Shown piece after piece: positions 14,705 through 25,457 of a stretch of DNA of 64,000 nucleotides (position 1 is its first letter; every line of letters starts with the position of its first letter). The position numbers were made by a program, and so were the translations under genes. The stretch is from Dimorphilus gyrociliatus (lineage: Eukaryota > Animalia > Annelida). The notes beneath the pieces were generated by a model. It did no database searches. It saw only the letters and a list, made by a program, of their open reading frames with translations, and had not been told where the DNA came from. The DNA is taken from positions 740,819 through 804,818 of the forward strand of contig CAJFCJ010000007.1 in NCBI GenBank assembly GCA_904063045.1, read 5' to 3'.

Positions 14705-15060
14705 AATTAGAGGGTATTGTTGAGCTATTCTTCTTCTCTTTGAGCTTGCTTAAATAGTTGTTTTTCATCACAGTACGATAATACAACAGAAACGCTTAGT
14801 AACGCAGTGCACAAGGTATGAGTGTGATATTTTCTTTTTTTCTTGTTTTTAAAAATCTTTAAAGCTTTACATAACTAGTATTTTCTGCATTTATTTTCTT
14901 TTAACATACTATTTCGCCTCGTTTACAGTCAATTCCCTACCAAAGACAAGAGGATTATACTGACAATAACATACCTCGAAATGTAACTGTTGTATCGAAC
15001 ACTGTAAAAGGCTTTGCCAACCCGTCATACGACAGTGCAATGGAATCGACTCATCTATAA
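8813..15060 (+). CDS. ATP11B: Phospholipid-transporting P4-ATPase, ATP11 subfamily
   Basis: Starts [11 protein letters not shown] at 8813. Contains [29 protein letters not shown], phosphorylation site [28 protein letters not shown] and [16 protein letters not shown]. All introns traced are GT-AG. Stop at 14386 or at 15060 depending on the terminal exon. The symbol is subfamily-level (ATP11A/B/C). Confidence 0.93.
14658..14702. repeat. (TTA)15 microsatellite
   Basis: Perfect trinucleotide run in the ATP11 3' intron/UTR region. Confidence 0.95.
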
Positions 15061-15506
15061 TTTAATTTATAATTGTAAATTAGTATGCTCAAGTTCTTGA
15101 CTACATGAACGCTTTTTTTATTTAATTTTTAAATATTTCTACATAAATGATATATTTTCCACAAATTTTTCTTTTCTTTTTCCCTGCTCCAATTTATTTA
15201 AAAAAAATGCATTCCATAGCCACTGGGTATTGCTTTTGTAATATTCTATTTGATAAATTCTCGTTGCAAACAAAAAAAAACAAAAATACCTAGATTTAAA
15301 CAGGCTCTTGTTGAATCGACTAATTTTAAATTATCTTAATACAATACTGTTTGTTGAAAAAATTGTTTGTTTGTTTGTTTGTTTTTGTTTTTTTAAGGGT
15401 GATTACGAAACTTTTCCCTCGCTTTCTTAATTTTTTCTTTCTAACTAGCAAAGCGAAATTAGATTGGAACAGAAATATTTAGGCACTAAATGTTTGTCAC
15501 ACTTTT

Positions 15507-18123
15507 TTAATTATCCCTATTAAATCCGAACACTTCGACAATACTGCAGACGAAATCGCTGTCTTCGACTAGTGGCTCATTATCAAATGTACTACATTTT
15601 TCAGATCGTCCTTTAGTAAGATTTTCGTCCAATTGTAGAGCTTCCCCACCTCTGTACAAAAAGCAGATATTTAATATCCTTTTAAAATATCTATTTCTTA
15701 TGAAAAGCTTTAATACACACCCTCCACCTATTGTTAATTTAGAATTATCTCCCGCCTGAAAGTATTGAGTATCATTCGAAGCGTTAGTTTTGCCTATACC
15801 CTGCCAGGCAAACTTCTTTGCGCTTGGCTCCAATGTAAAAACAAATGACTCTCCAGTACCAAAATAGGACATACTATTTTTAAAAGTTTTCCTTTCAGCC
15901 CAGTCAGCTGAACAATAACCTCCGATAATCTATTAAAGATAGTGTATTAATCGGATTAGTTAGATTTTGGTAAGTATAAAATATTGTATATTTGTTAATT
16001 GTAAAAACTTACGAATCCTTGAGTTGTCTTGACTATTATTAGAGTTGGTTCATATCCTTCAATCAGAGAGTACATCATTTGTAAACTTGAGCCATTTTCC
16101 ATTGTGGAATAGAGTAGTTTTGGAATAAGTAGAGAAATACGAATTGGAATCCAACTGTAAATCTGGCGCCACTATTTAAATGTTTTCAAAGCATTTGTTA
16201 ATAAATTAATTAATAGTTAAAACAGATTTTAGAAAATTACGTGAGCTATATCGAGTAGTAAGGAGGAACTTGATGTAAATGGCAAGGCTGTGAGAGATTG
16301 GAAAGACCTTCGTCTTTCCGCTTTTAGGTCCGTTTCATCGTAAACGGATAATATTGGGCCACTAAACGACCTTGAAACCTTTATGTTTAACGACTCGCAT
16401 GATTCGGATTTTTTCAGCGCATTTTTATCGTACGATTGATGGCGTAAACTTTTCACATACATCTCATTCTTTTTCTCTAACTTCCTGACTTGAGCTCTTG
16501 TCAACCTTATCTTGTAACTTTTCCTTAACAACTGTTCTGCTGATAAGGGTATTTCGCTAAAGAAGTGCCTCATTTGATCAGAAATCTTCAAGCTATCCTC
16601 TTTATTTACTAAAAAAACAAAGTTATAAAGACACAAGTTACTCTTGTAAACAAGTAAGTAAATTACCGTTTGACTTGAAAAACAGTTTGAGGAGGACAAG
16701 AGCTACTCTATACAGAAACTTTCTTCCGTCAACGAGAAAACAATCAAATATTCTGACTAGATGAGAAAAAGGTAAATCCCTAAATATCCACCATACCCAA
16801 TCATCGAAAGCATTTGATGCGTTTCGCTTATTAAGTTCTCTTACAGCCGTTTTCTGCCGGAACGATCAAGAATGTAAGCTTTTAATCGTATTAGAACATT
16901 TTTTTTGAAAAAAAATTAACAAACCAACCGCATAGTTTTTTGCTAAATCCTTAAGTACAAACTTGCTGGCTTCGTATGGTACTTTAGCTGTAAATAGTAA
17001 ATCGGCTCCACCCATAACCAAGCAAAGGCATCGGAACGTTTGCATTTCGTTAGTGTAGTGAAGCATTAATGCCGTTATTGGAAAAATAACGGGTGCGTAA
17101 TTAATTTCCGGATGGATGTGTTCGAAATGGGTTTTATCGATTATTTTTCGTAACGAGATCAACGATAAGAAAAGTACCAATTTGTTAGAAAGAATTCTCA
17201 AACTGATACGAAAAACTTTTACTTATCGACGCTCTATTAAGATTTCTAGTAAACTTATTCATTGAATTGTTAACTTCCTGTTGATAAGTTTTCCGATAAA
17301 GGAGCGCTTAGACGAAATCGTCTCTTGTTATCTAGCATACAAATTACTAAATATTTACTTTGCCTCAGTATAGAAGAACTACTATGTAAAATACTAATAC
17401 TATATCGTGATTCTACTAAATATGTAATTGAATAAATGTCTTACTAGATTATCTCTTTTGTTTGCTTTTTCTCTTTGATTTCATTGAAGCATTAAAATTT
17501 ACTTGAAAATTATAGAAAAAAAATAATCGATAAAAACCGAAAACGCAGATAATTCGCTTTGTTGCCGCTGAGGAACACATAAAAAAAACGTTTATTAATT
17601 ATTTTCTTATAATTTATTAGGGAAAAGTAAGCTTTCGTACCGACTCCTGATTGGTTCAGGTGGTAGTGGATTTGTAGAGAGAGTGGATCTACGAAGCTAG
17701 GGAGGGTAACGCTTTCTTTTCGTTTATCTGTTGAGCGAGAAAGATTAAAGTTAAAACAACTACTAAATAAGGTTAGAATTATACCCGGAGGACCAAATAC
17801 ATCATTAGTCAGTTCTTCGTATAAGGAAGCGTTGTCAATCAAACGAGAACGAGCCAGTCTAGCAGTTAACAGTTGCCACAATCCCGTTCTTATGGGATTC
17901 TCCATAGACCAGTCATTACTTCTCACTTGCTTTTGAATCTGAATAGCAATAAAACTTTAAATTAGTGGGTGGTTTCCCTTTGAAAAGATAACGGTTGAAC
18001 AACTTTAGACGAGTCTGTCTCCTTTTCTAGAGAGGTTAAGTTACAAATTTCATCTGTTTTCTCTACGTTGAATTCTTGGTTTCTGACGCTATCGTCAACA
18101 AAATCAGAGAATGGTGATTTCAT
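15507..18123 (-). CDS. TBC1D24: TBC1 domain family member 24 / skywalker (TBC + TLDc)
   Basis: TBC: NPIRTGLWQLL, LPSFVD, PEINYAPVIFPITALMLHY, DWVWWIFRDLPFSHLVRIFDCFLVDGRKFLYRVAL. TLDc: WRQIYSWIP, PTLIIVKT, GGYCSADW, YFGTGESFVF, TFDNEPL. The first-intron donor is uncertain, and one coding junction (17123-17537) is non-canonical. Confidence 0.9.
17123..17537. mobile_element. MITE-like insertion or non-canonical GT-CG intron within a TBC1D24 coding exon
   Basis: Perfect 17-bp inverted repeat TTTTATCGATTATTTTT at 17132-17148 and 17519-17535. Direct repeat CGAAA at 17123-17127 and 17538-17542. Removing 415 bp restores KRIICVF-EHIHPEINYAP in frame, and there is no AG at the required acceptor. Confidence 0.55.
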
Positions 18124-18734
18124 TTTTATTTTACTATAGGACACGTGCAATTCATAAAATTATTGTAACATTTGTGTTCCCATAAATTTCCCGCCTTTGA
18201 TATGACGTCTGTTTTATAAAAATTTAAATTGTAGTTTTATATATTAACAAACTTCCATTTGCAAACTAAAAGTCTACCTGTCAATCAATACAAAGCATTA
18301 ATTCGATGAAAAAATCTACATTTCTATTTATTTTATCGAACCAATCAACTCATTTTCGTATTTCGTGTACATAATTGCGGCTGTTACATTTATCGCTTGT
18401 CGGTCCTTGGCTTCACCCTTGAAATATTCGTATAAATATTTAAAAAAAATATAATTTCCTTTCAAAAATGTATTACTTTATTAAAAAATTACTTTTTCAC
18501 TTATGAACAAGATTTTACAAAAAACCGTTGGCGCGTCGTTCACTTTAATTATGGGTAATTTATTCAAAATGGGGGAGTATCTTTTATAATTTAAGTTATC
18601 AACAAAATTTTCTTATTTAGTAGATTATTATTTAAAATAAAAATATATTTTATTTAGACGTTTACTTAGAAGATATAAAAAAAAGTTAAATTGCAATTCC
18701 GACCTGCTTCAGTTGTCCAATAGGCGTCTATTTA

Positions 18735-18748
18735 TTTATCACGTGACT
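18735..18748. promoter_or_regulatory. E-box/CLEAR-type element TTTATCACGTGACT in the TBC1D24/BCL9 divergent region
   Basis: An identical 14-mer occurs at 51827-51840. Here it is followed by an AAAATGG YY1-like core. Confidence 0.5.
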
Positions 18749-19433
18749 TAAAATGGTCGTAGCTGCGCGATAATAGAAGCAATTTGTTTCATGAAGATAG
18801 GATTATTTAAAGATCGTTACTGTGAGTTTGTTATCATTATTGTTGCATACATATGTAATAATTATGTTGCGTTAATTTTCGCATCGAGATAACGAAACTT
18901 AGCCGCTCGATCGTCTAATTTTCCAACAAATCTCGATTTGTGTTCATGTCTTTTTCACAGCTTCTTAATCGATGTTGTATATTAGCGAAGGTAGCTCCGT
19001 AAAAATGTTCTACCAACGTTAGAAATTAATATATATGACTAAAACAGAATACTTTTTGTCGCGATCGTTCGATTTAGCTCTTGATCACCTCAGCTATTCT
19101 TACCTGTATACGAATCATACGATTTCTCAAAATGTTCAATAATCCTACGTTTAGATAAGTGTATAATAGGAGCAAGTTTTTATAGATAATGTATTTAGTT
19201 TATTGATTATCTGTATGTAACGGCAAACTATACAAGCACCGCTTGTCGCTTGTTCGTGTGTGATAAGAAATACGACCTCTTCTTTTAATATACATTTTAT
19301 ATGTACAGTATGCTCGTGTATAACGTTATATAAAAATGATTTAAATGGCTTTTTTCTTCGTTTTAGCTGTTTCATAAGCGAGGTAATCCTGGCACTGGCT
19401 AATATAGAGAGACCCGGTGCAGAACCCGGTGGT

Positions 19434-21944
19434 ATGCTGCACGATACCCCGGTCTCACCGGCATTCAATAACGCCAACGGTGAAATGAAAACCGAACTTG
19501 GTAATACATATAATAATTACTTAGAGCTTTAATTAAGATTTGTTAATATCTATCTTTTTCAACAGGGGATGAATCAAATGGTATGCATATCAAAACCGAG
19601 ACTGGTCCAGCAGCACCAAACGGTTAGTAGTTGGGATAATTTATCATTAGAAGTAGAACGCTGGAAGGGAATTTTATTTCAATTATCCGTGTAATTTTTT
19701 ACAGTGAAGGATGAAGTTAACGGTGAACAGCAACAACAACCCCAGCAGCAACACGGCGCCACTCCTGTACAGACGCCCGCCAACGGTTTTCCTGCAGCGT
19801 CACCGGCTGATTTTATGCAGCATCAGAGCCAAATTTATGTCTTCTCGACTGAATGGGCTAACAAGGCTGCGGACAGTGTGGAATCCGGTATATACAAGAG
19901 TATTATCGCCTACCATTACGATCAACCGGAAACCAAGAGTATGATACAGAAAATGCCTAATCTAAAACCTCCCACTGGATTAAACATGCCGACCTCTAGT
20001 AGTAGCAATCTTCAAGCAATGTCAGCCCAGCCAGGACCATCGCCGTCACCATCGAGCATGCAAATGCACATGGCCTCAAACTATATGACTACGAACATTC
20101 ATCAGTCCAAGGTTCCTAACGAAAACCTTACGCCCGAACAACGGGCTCGTCGAGAAGAACAGTTGGCCAGTTTGAGAAATTTGCAGAAGATGCTCTTTCC
20201 TGAGCAGCAACAGCAGCATCCAAATCATCCAGCTATGATGCAACAACATGGAATGATGGCACCCTCATCTGGGCCAATGCCTTTTAACCCTGGTGGTCCA
20301 CCTCATTTGCCAATGCAGAGACCTATGAGCTGGGAACATATGAATCCTGCCCAAAGAGAGTGGCACAAGCTACAGCAGGACTACTATATTGATAAGTTTA
20401 AACGCGGTCCCGGACCACCACCACCTGGGCCTCATGGACAGTTTCCGATGAGACCTATGTCACCGCAAATGCAGCCCATGCCATTATCGCCATCCGGAAT
20501 GCCTCCGGCACCCCCTAACGGCCAGTTTCCGCCGATGAGACCCATGTCGCCGGCATCTCAGATGCAGCCGCCTCCTGCTGGTATGTCGATGCCCTCTCCA
20601 GCAGATATGCCCCCAAATCCACCTAACGGACCTGGCATGCCTCCGTCGAACAATCCTTCGCCTGTCTATTCTTCTGGTCCACCAACCAGCCTCATGGGAC
20701 CTCCATCAATGCCTAACAGTATGCCTGATGGTATGATGATGCCTGGAGAGATGATGCCCCACTTGCCGCCCTCATCAAATGACTACGGAGTTTTTCAGAG
20801 GGCCGGACCTCCTGATCAATTGAAACCATCCGATCTTCAACCAGCCCCAGAAGCTAAACCTCCTCCTAGTTATGCCGCGGCCGCTGCTAATGAACCTCCT
20901 GTAAATTCCGGTGGCACAAAAAGAAAGAGAACAGCAGCAGCTGCTGAATTGGACGAAAATCACCGGAAATTACAACCGGCTCCATCACCCAAACAATTCT
21001 CGTATCTCACGCAATTCGACGGGCAGGAGCTGACAATAACGAGACAATTGAACTCAGCCTTTAAAGATTCGAATTCAGAAGAGCAACCGAGCCCTGCGCC
21101 TCCAGCCTCTCAGACGAATTCGCCGCCGAATACACCTCGGTCACCCAGTACGCCCATTCCTGCACGCGCGAATACTCCCTGTTCTACTCCCGCTCTTCAA
21201 GGCCATCCACCAACACCAACTTACAGTAGTGTTCCGTCGGTTTCCTCAATAACCTCTTCTTCGTCTCTCACATATACGTCGAACGTAATGAGTACACCTT
21301 CGTACAGTGCTCCGTTTTTATCCAGCGGAAATCCAACTGTATATACAAACTCGGGGCCTAAAATGACGAATATAACTTCTGCGTCATTAGCTGCACTTGC
21401 AGATTTGGCTACGAAGGCTCCGCAATCGTGTGCCGCTCCCCAGGAACGTACATCGACACCTCGTTCCATGTCACCCAACGTCCTATCTCCGGGCGTTCGT
21501 CATAGTAATGCTAATGTTCACGTTCAAGCTAAAGCGCCAAATACCATACAATATTTGCCGGCTAATCCTCCATCCAGCCAACCGATGCCCTCTACGCTAG
21601 CACCGCCAATGCAGGGTCAACCACCACACCCGATGACAGCAATGATGGGAGGAGGAGGCGAAGCTCTGATGAGCACGATGGATTTTGACCAAGGACCGAT
21701 GATGATGCCACCAGGAGGGCCGCCAATGATGGACCCTTTTCATCAACGTCCCCCACATCATCACATGCAACCAGGACCACCAATGTACATGAGAGATATA
21801 CGCGGCGGGCCTCCTCCAAGACAAGGACCCCCTCATCCGGGACCTCCTTTGCCGCATCAACAGCAACAGATGCATATGCACCCCATGCATCACCCAATGA
21901 TGCATGGTGAACGCTTTAACGGGCCTGGGTCTATGTTTTATTAG
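19434..21944 (+). CDS. BCL9: BCL9/legless (Wnt/beta-catenin co-activator)
   Basis: HD1 QIYVFSTEWANKAADSV, HD2 LTPEQRARREEQLASLRNLQKMLFPE and HD3 NPAQREWHKLQQDYYIDK, with Pro/Met/Gln-rich linkers. Two short 5' exons begin at a tentative ATG at 19434, followed by one long exon. Confidence 0.9.
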
Positions 21945-23494
21945 TCCCTCTATGCACAGGAGTTCCCGATCGTGATATTGTATATAGAATCAGTAATTAT
22001 TTATGGACTGTATTTCTGTATTTATGAAAAGATTGATTATTACTATTCGTTCTCTCTTTTTGTACATAATACTGAAACCGTGCGTTCTTTTTTTTGTTAC
22101 GTGTACAGCGGCATATCGCACCTTTTTTCGTTTTTTTTTTTATACAAACTTATACATATTTTCACACCACGTACAGTGTTGTGTAGGTTATATGCTTTCC
22201 TCTCTGAGATTTTTTTCAATATAAAAGAATCTGCTATAAAATATTCATTATTTTCTGTATCCGATTTATCTGCAGAACGAGAATGCTGCTTTACAAATTT
22301 TTTTTTTTTTTGTAATGTCAGCGTTTCTGAACAATTTCCAAAGCATCAATTGTCGGTAATGAGAAGAAGATGAAGAAGGGAAAAAATTATTACATTGTCC
22401 CCTACTATTCAACAATAAAGCTTAAACGATGGTCTGGTAGGAAAGGGGCGGGAAAAGAGTAGGAAAGAACGAGCGAAACAGATATATGCGCACAGACAGA
22501 GAAAAGAAATTATCAAGCTTTTTTAGGTTAGTGGACAAAGAACTAGGTCAAGTAGTGATCAAGAAAATTATTAAAGCTGGTTCGATAGGAAACGCGATAC
22601 AATCTCGGTAGAAATCCGTTTCATTTATAGGCCTAATAAGACTGTGTATACGACAATATTTATGACATGGCTTGTATTTTTTAACAATCCTTTAAAAGAC
22701 ATTTTCTATACTTGTTTTTACTGTATATAAGGTATTCGAGTATTTTTTATAATAAATAAAAATACACTTTACATGGTACTTGTAACAGTAAAACTAATAC
22801 TTGCTATAAAGGAAAACATTCGTATTGATTTACATAATTGTTTCTCCTTGAAATGCAAAAAGCTTACGATTACAATGTGAAGCTCGTGTTAACAAAGTTT
22901 CATTTCGATTTAGGCATGAAAATTCATTATTTCGCTCTATAAATTTTGTTTTGAGGTAAAATATCAGATTTCTAATGATGTATGAATGTTTTACAAAGCG
23001 TCGGATAAGTCTTGCTTCCATTTTCATTATTATCATTAAATAGAGTAACGCGCTACAAACTTCGCATGCGTGTGTGTCTGTTTATTTTTTTTCTCATTAT
23101 ATACAGCGTATATTGTACGCGGCGTCGCACGCTCGATAGAAATCTATTGATGTATATGTAGCAGAATTATTTTCCATTTCTGTTCTATGACAATGTCAGA
23201 GGTCACACTTACACCTGGCTTATTATAAAAGCTGATTTTTTGTTATCGTTTACGTGTAAAATATTACTATAGATTCAAGTTTTTCGAAGAATTGTTTTTC
23301 AAGTTAAATGTAAATATGAAGTTGCAATCATTTGAACAGTTGATAAAGGTAAACATAAGATTTATTTCTCAGCCAATACAAACAATTTAGGCCTCCATAG
23401 AAAAACAAGAATCTTAGTGCAAGACATTTGAAAAAGAAATTGAAGATATGAAGGATATAAAAAAAACGTAGATAGTAAGACAAAAAAATAGAGA

Positions 23495-23612
23495 GAATGA
23501 ACGAGAGAAAGAGACAGAGGAAAGATAGAGAAAAAAAGAAAGATAGACAGACAAAAAATAGAGAGATGGAGATTGAGAGAAGGAGAGAGCAAGCGAGCGA
23601 GCGAGCGAGCGG

Positions 23613-23651
<39 letters not shown>

Positions 23652-23690
23652 TGAGAGTGACAGAGAAAGAGAGCTAGGGAGAGAAAAACA
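23495..23690. repeat. GA-rich polypurine / (GA)n and (GAGC)n microsatellite tract
   Basis: Degenerate AG-rich run containing (GCGA)n and (GA)n, in the BCL9-USP20 intergenic region. Confidence 0.9.
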
Positions 23691-24596
23691 AAGCAACTTT
23701 TTTATTCCTCATTACTCTCTAGAACGAAACGTATTAGCTAAAGGGAGGAAGAGAGAAATGTAGACTCGTTAAATAAACAAACAGGTTTAATTTTAATATC
23801 TGCAACTTTCATTAGGTCATTAGTTGTCTCACGTTGAAGACTCGTCACGAATTGTTAGAAAATATTATATATATATATTTATATATTTAGCGATGGGGAC
23901 AGTTTTACATTCTTTTATATATTTAAAAGACCACTATATTAAACGTAATAATTAATATTTATTCATAGGCTTATTGCTCCATAAATTAAGTTTCTCTAAA
24001 TAGAACGATATAGAAATTTAATAAATGGGAAAATTTTTTCACCAAACGATTCTAGTTTCCCATTAGAACGTCAGCAGTTTGCTACAAAAGTACGTTATTG
24101 ATTTATTTATGTCAGACTCCAAACGAAATTTTTTCCATCCTTTCTATCCTTCAATCCGTCTTTCCTTATACGTTCTCCAATCCTTTATATATTATTATTA
24201 TTATTTCTTATCACAAAACCTCAATTTTAAAGGACAGGGAACGTGTTTGCTTGATTAAAAATATATGTATGCATAAAACAGGGAAAAAATAACAATGTGA
24301 ATAATAATACGTTTCTATACAAGTATATTAAATATAACGAGAAACGAAATATGAGATAGAACAGGTAAATGGTATATTTAGATTATTTATAGGGAAAATT
24401 TTTATATTTTTTATGCTCTAGATAATAAAATTAAAAAAAATACGAATAAATTATATATTTGATGAAAAAATAAATTCATAATTTTAAATATTATATAAGA
24501 AAATTTATAGGCATGAGATGTTTCAGGTTTCTAAGCCTTAATGCATATGGTGCAATTTAGATTCTATGATATATAAGAAAAATCAATAAAATGAGA

Positions 24597-24597
24597 T

Positions 24598-24643
<46 letters not shown>

Positions 24644-24668
24644 AGAAGGAAGGAGAGAGAGAGAGAGC

Positions 24669-24701
<33 letters not shown>

Positions 24702-24780
24702 AGAAGGAAGGAGAGAGAGAGAGCGAGAGAGAGAGGGAGGGAGAAGGAAGGAGAGAGAGAGAGCGAGAGAGAGAAAAGAA
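24597..24780. repeat. Compound (GA)n minisatellite with three higher-order units
   Basis: The unit GGGAGGGAGAAGGAAGGAGAGAGAGAGAGC(GA)n occurs three times with variable GA spacers. Confidence 0.9.
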
Positions 24781-25457
24781 CTCTTGCTATATTATTCAAT
24801 GATGTTACTATATACATTTTTGATATCTACAGTTTTTATTTATAATATTTTTTCTAAAGAATATTAATATTAATATTTTTTCTAATCTTTTATATTTAAT
24901 AATTAGATTTGAGGGGGTCTAGATATATCGTACACATATAAAGATATTTATACTGTATATATATATATACACACAGTATATCAATATAATACATCTATAG
25001 CGTAGATATAGCATTATTAAGGGATTATATTAATTTCTATAAAGTTAATTTAGGCAATTGAATAATATTTTGGTATAAAAATGGATATTTGACAATTTTC
25101 AATTATAATTTGATGTTTTTTGATGCTTTACAATATTATAGTTGAGTATCAATTTTTTCGGCCAAGTCCAAATCACAATCAATATTTTAATATTATTCAG
25201 TGCGGGTCTAATACTTATGATGCTGCTTTTTAACCGTTGATTCAGCTAACGGATATATTTATAATATTAGCCTGCAATATTTTCACCTTCACATTACAGT
25301 TAGTGTTTCTTTAAATATCTCAAATTAATGATAATTTGTCCTCGAAAGAGCATGTGATTAACGAATCGTTGGACAATTCGATTGTGATTTCCCCTTTTCA
25401 ATTTGTTTTTTATTTTCGTTTTCAGAACTTTACTGCACAATCATAACAAATATAAAG

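Noticed and set aside
17128-17537. Local inversion or mis-assembly between the inverted repeats as the cause of the missing AG
   Set aside because: Flipping the interior leaves the same ends, still without AG, and no TBC residues are missing from the joined protein.
20775-21905. Several antisense and alternative-frame ORFs over BCL9
   Set aside because: They are shadows of a GC-rich low-complexity coding exon and have no domain features.
23328-24817. ORFs rich in SL or ER repeats
   Set aside because: They are translations of GA/CT microsatellites; the same applies to ORFs at 52339-53910 and 58497-59430.
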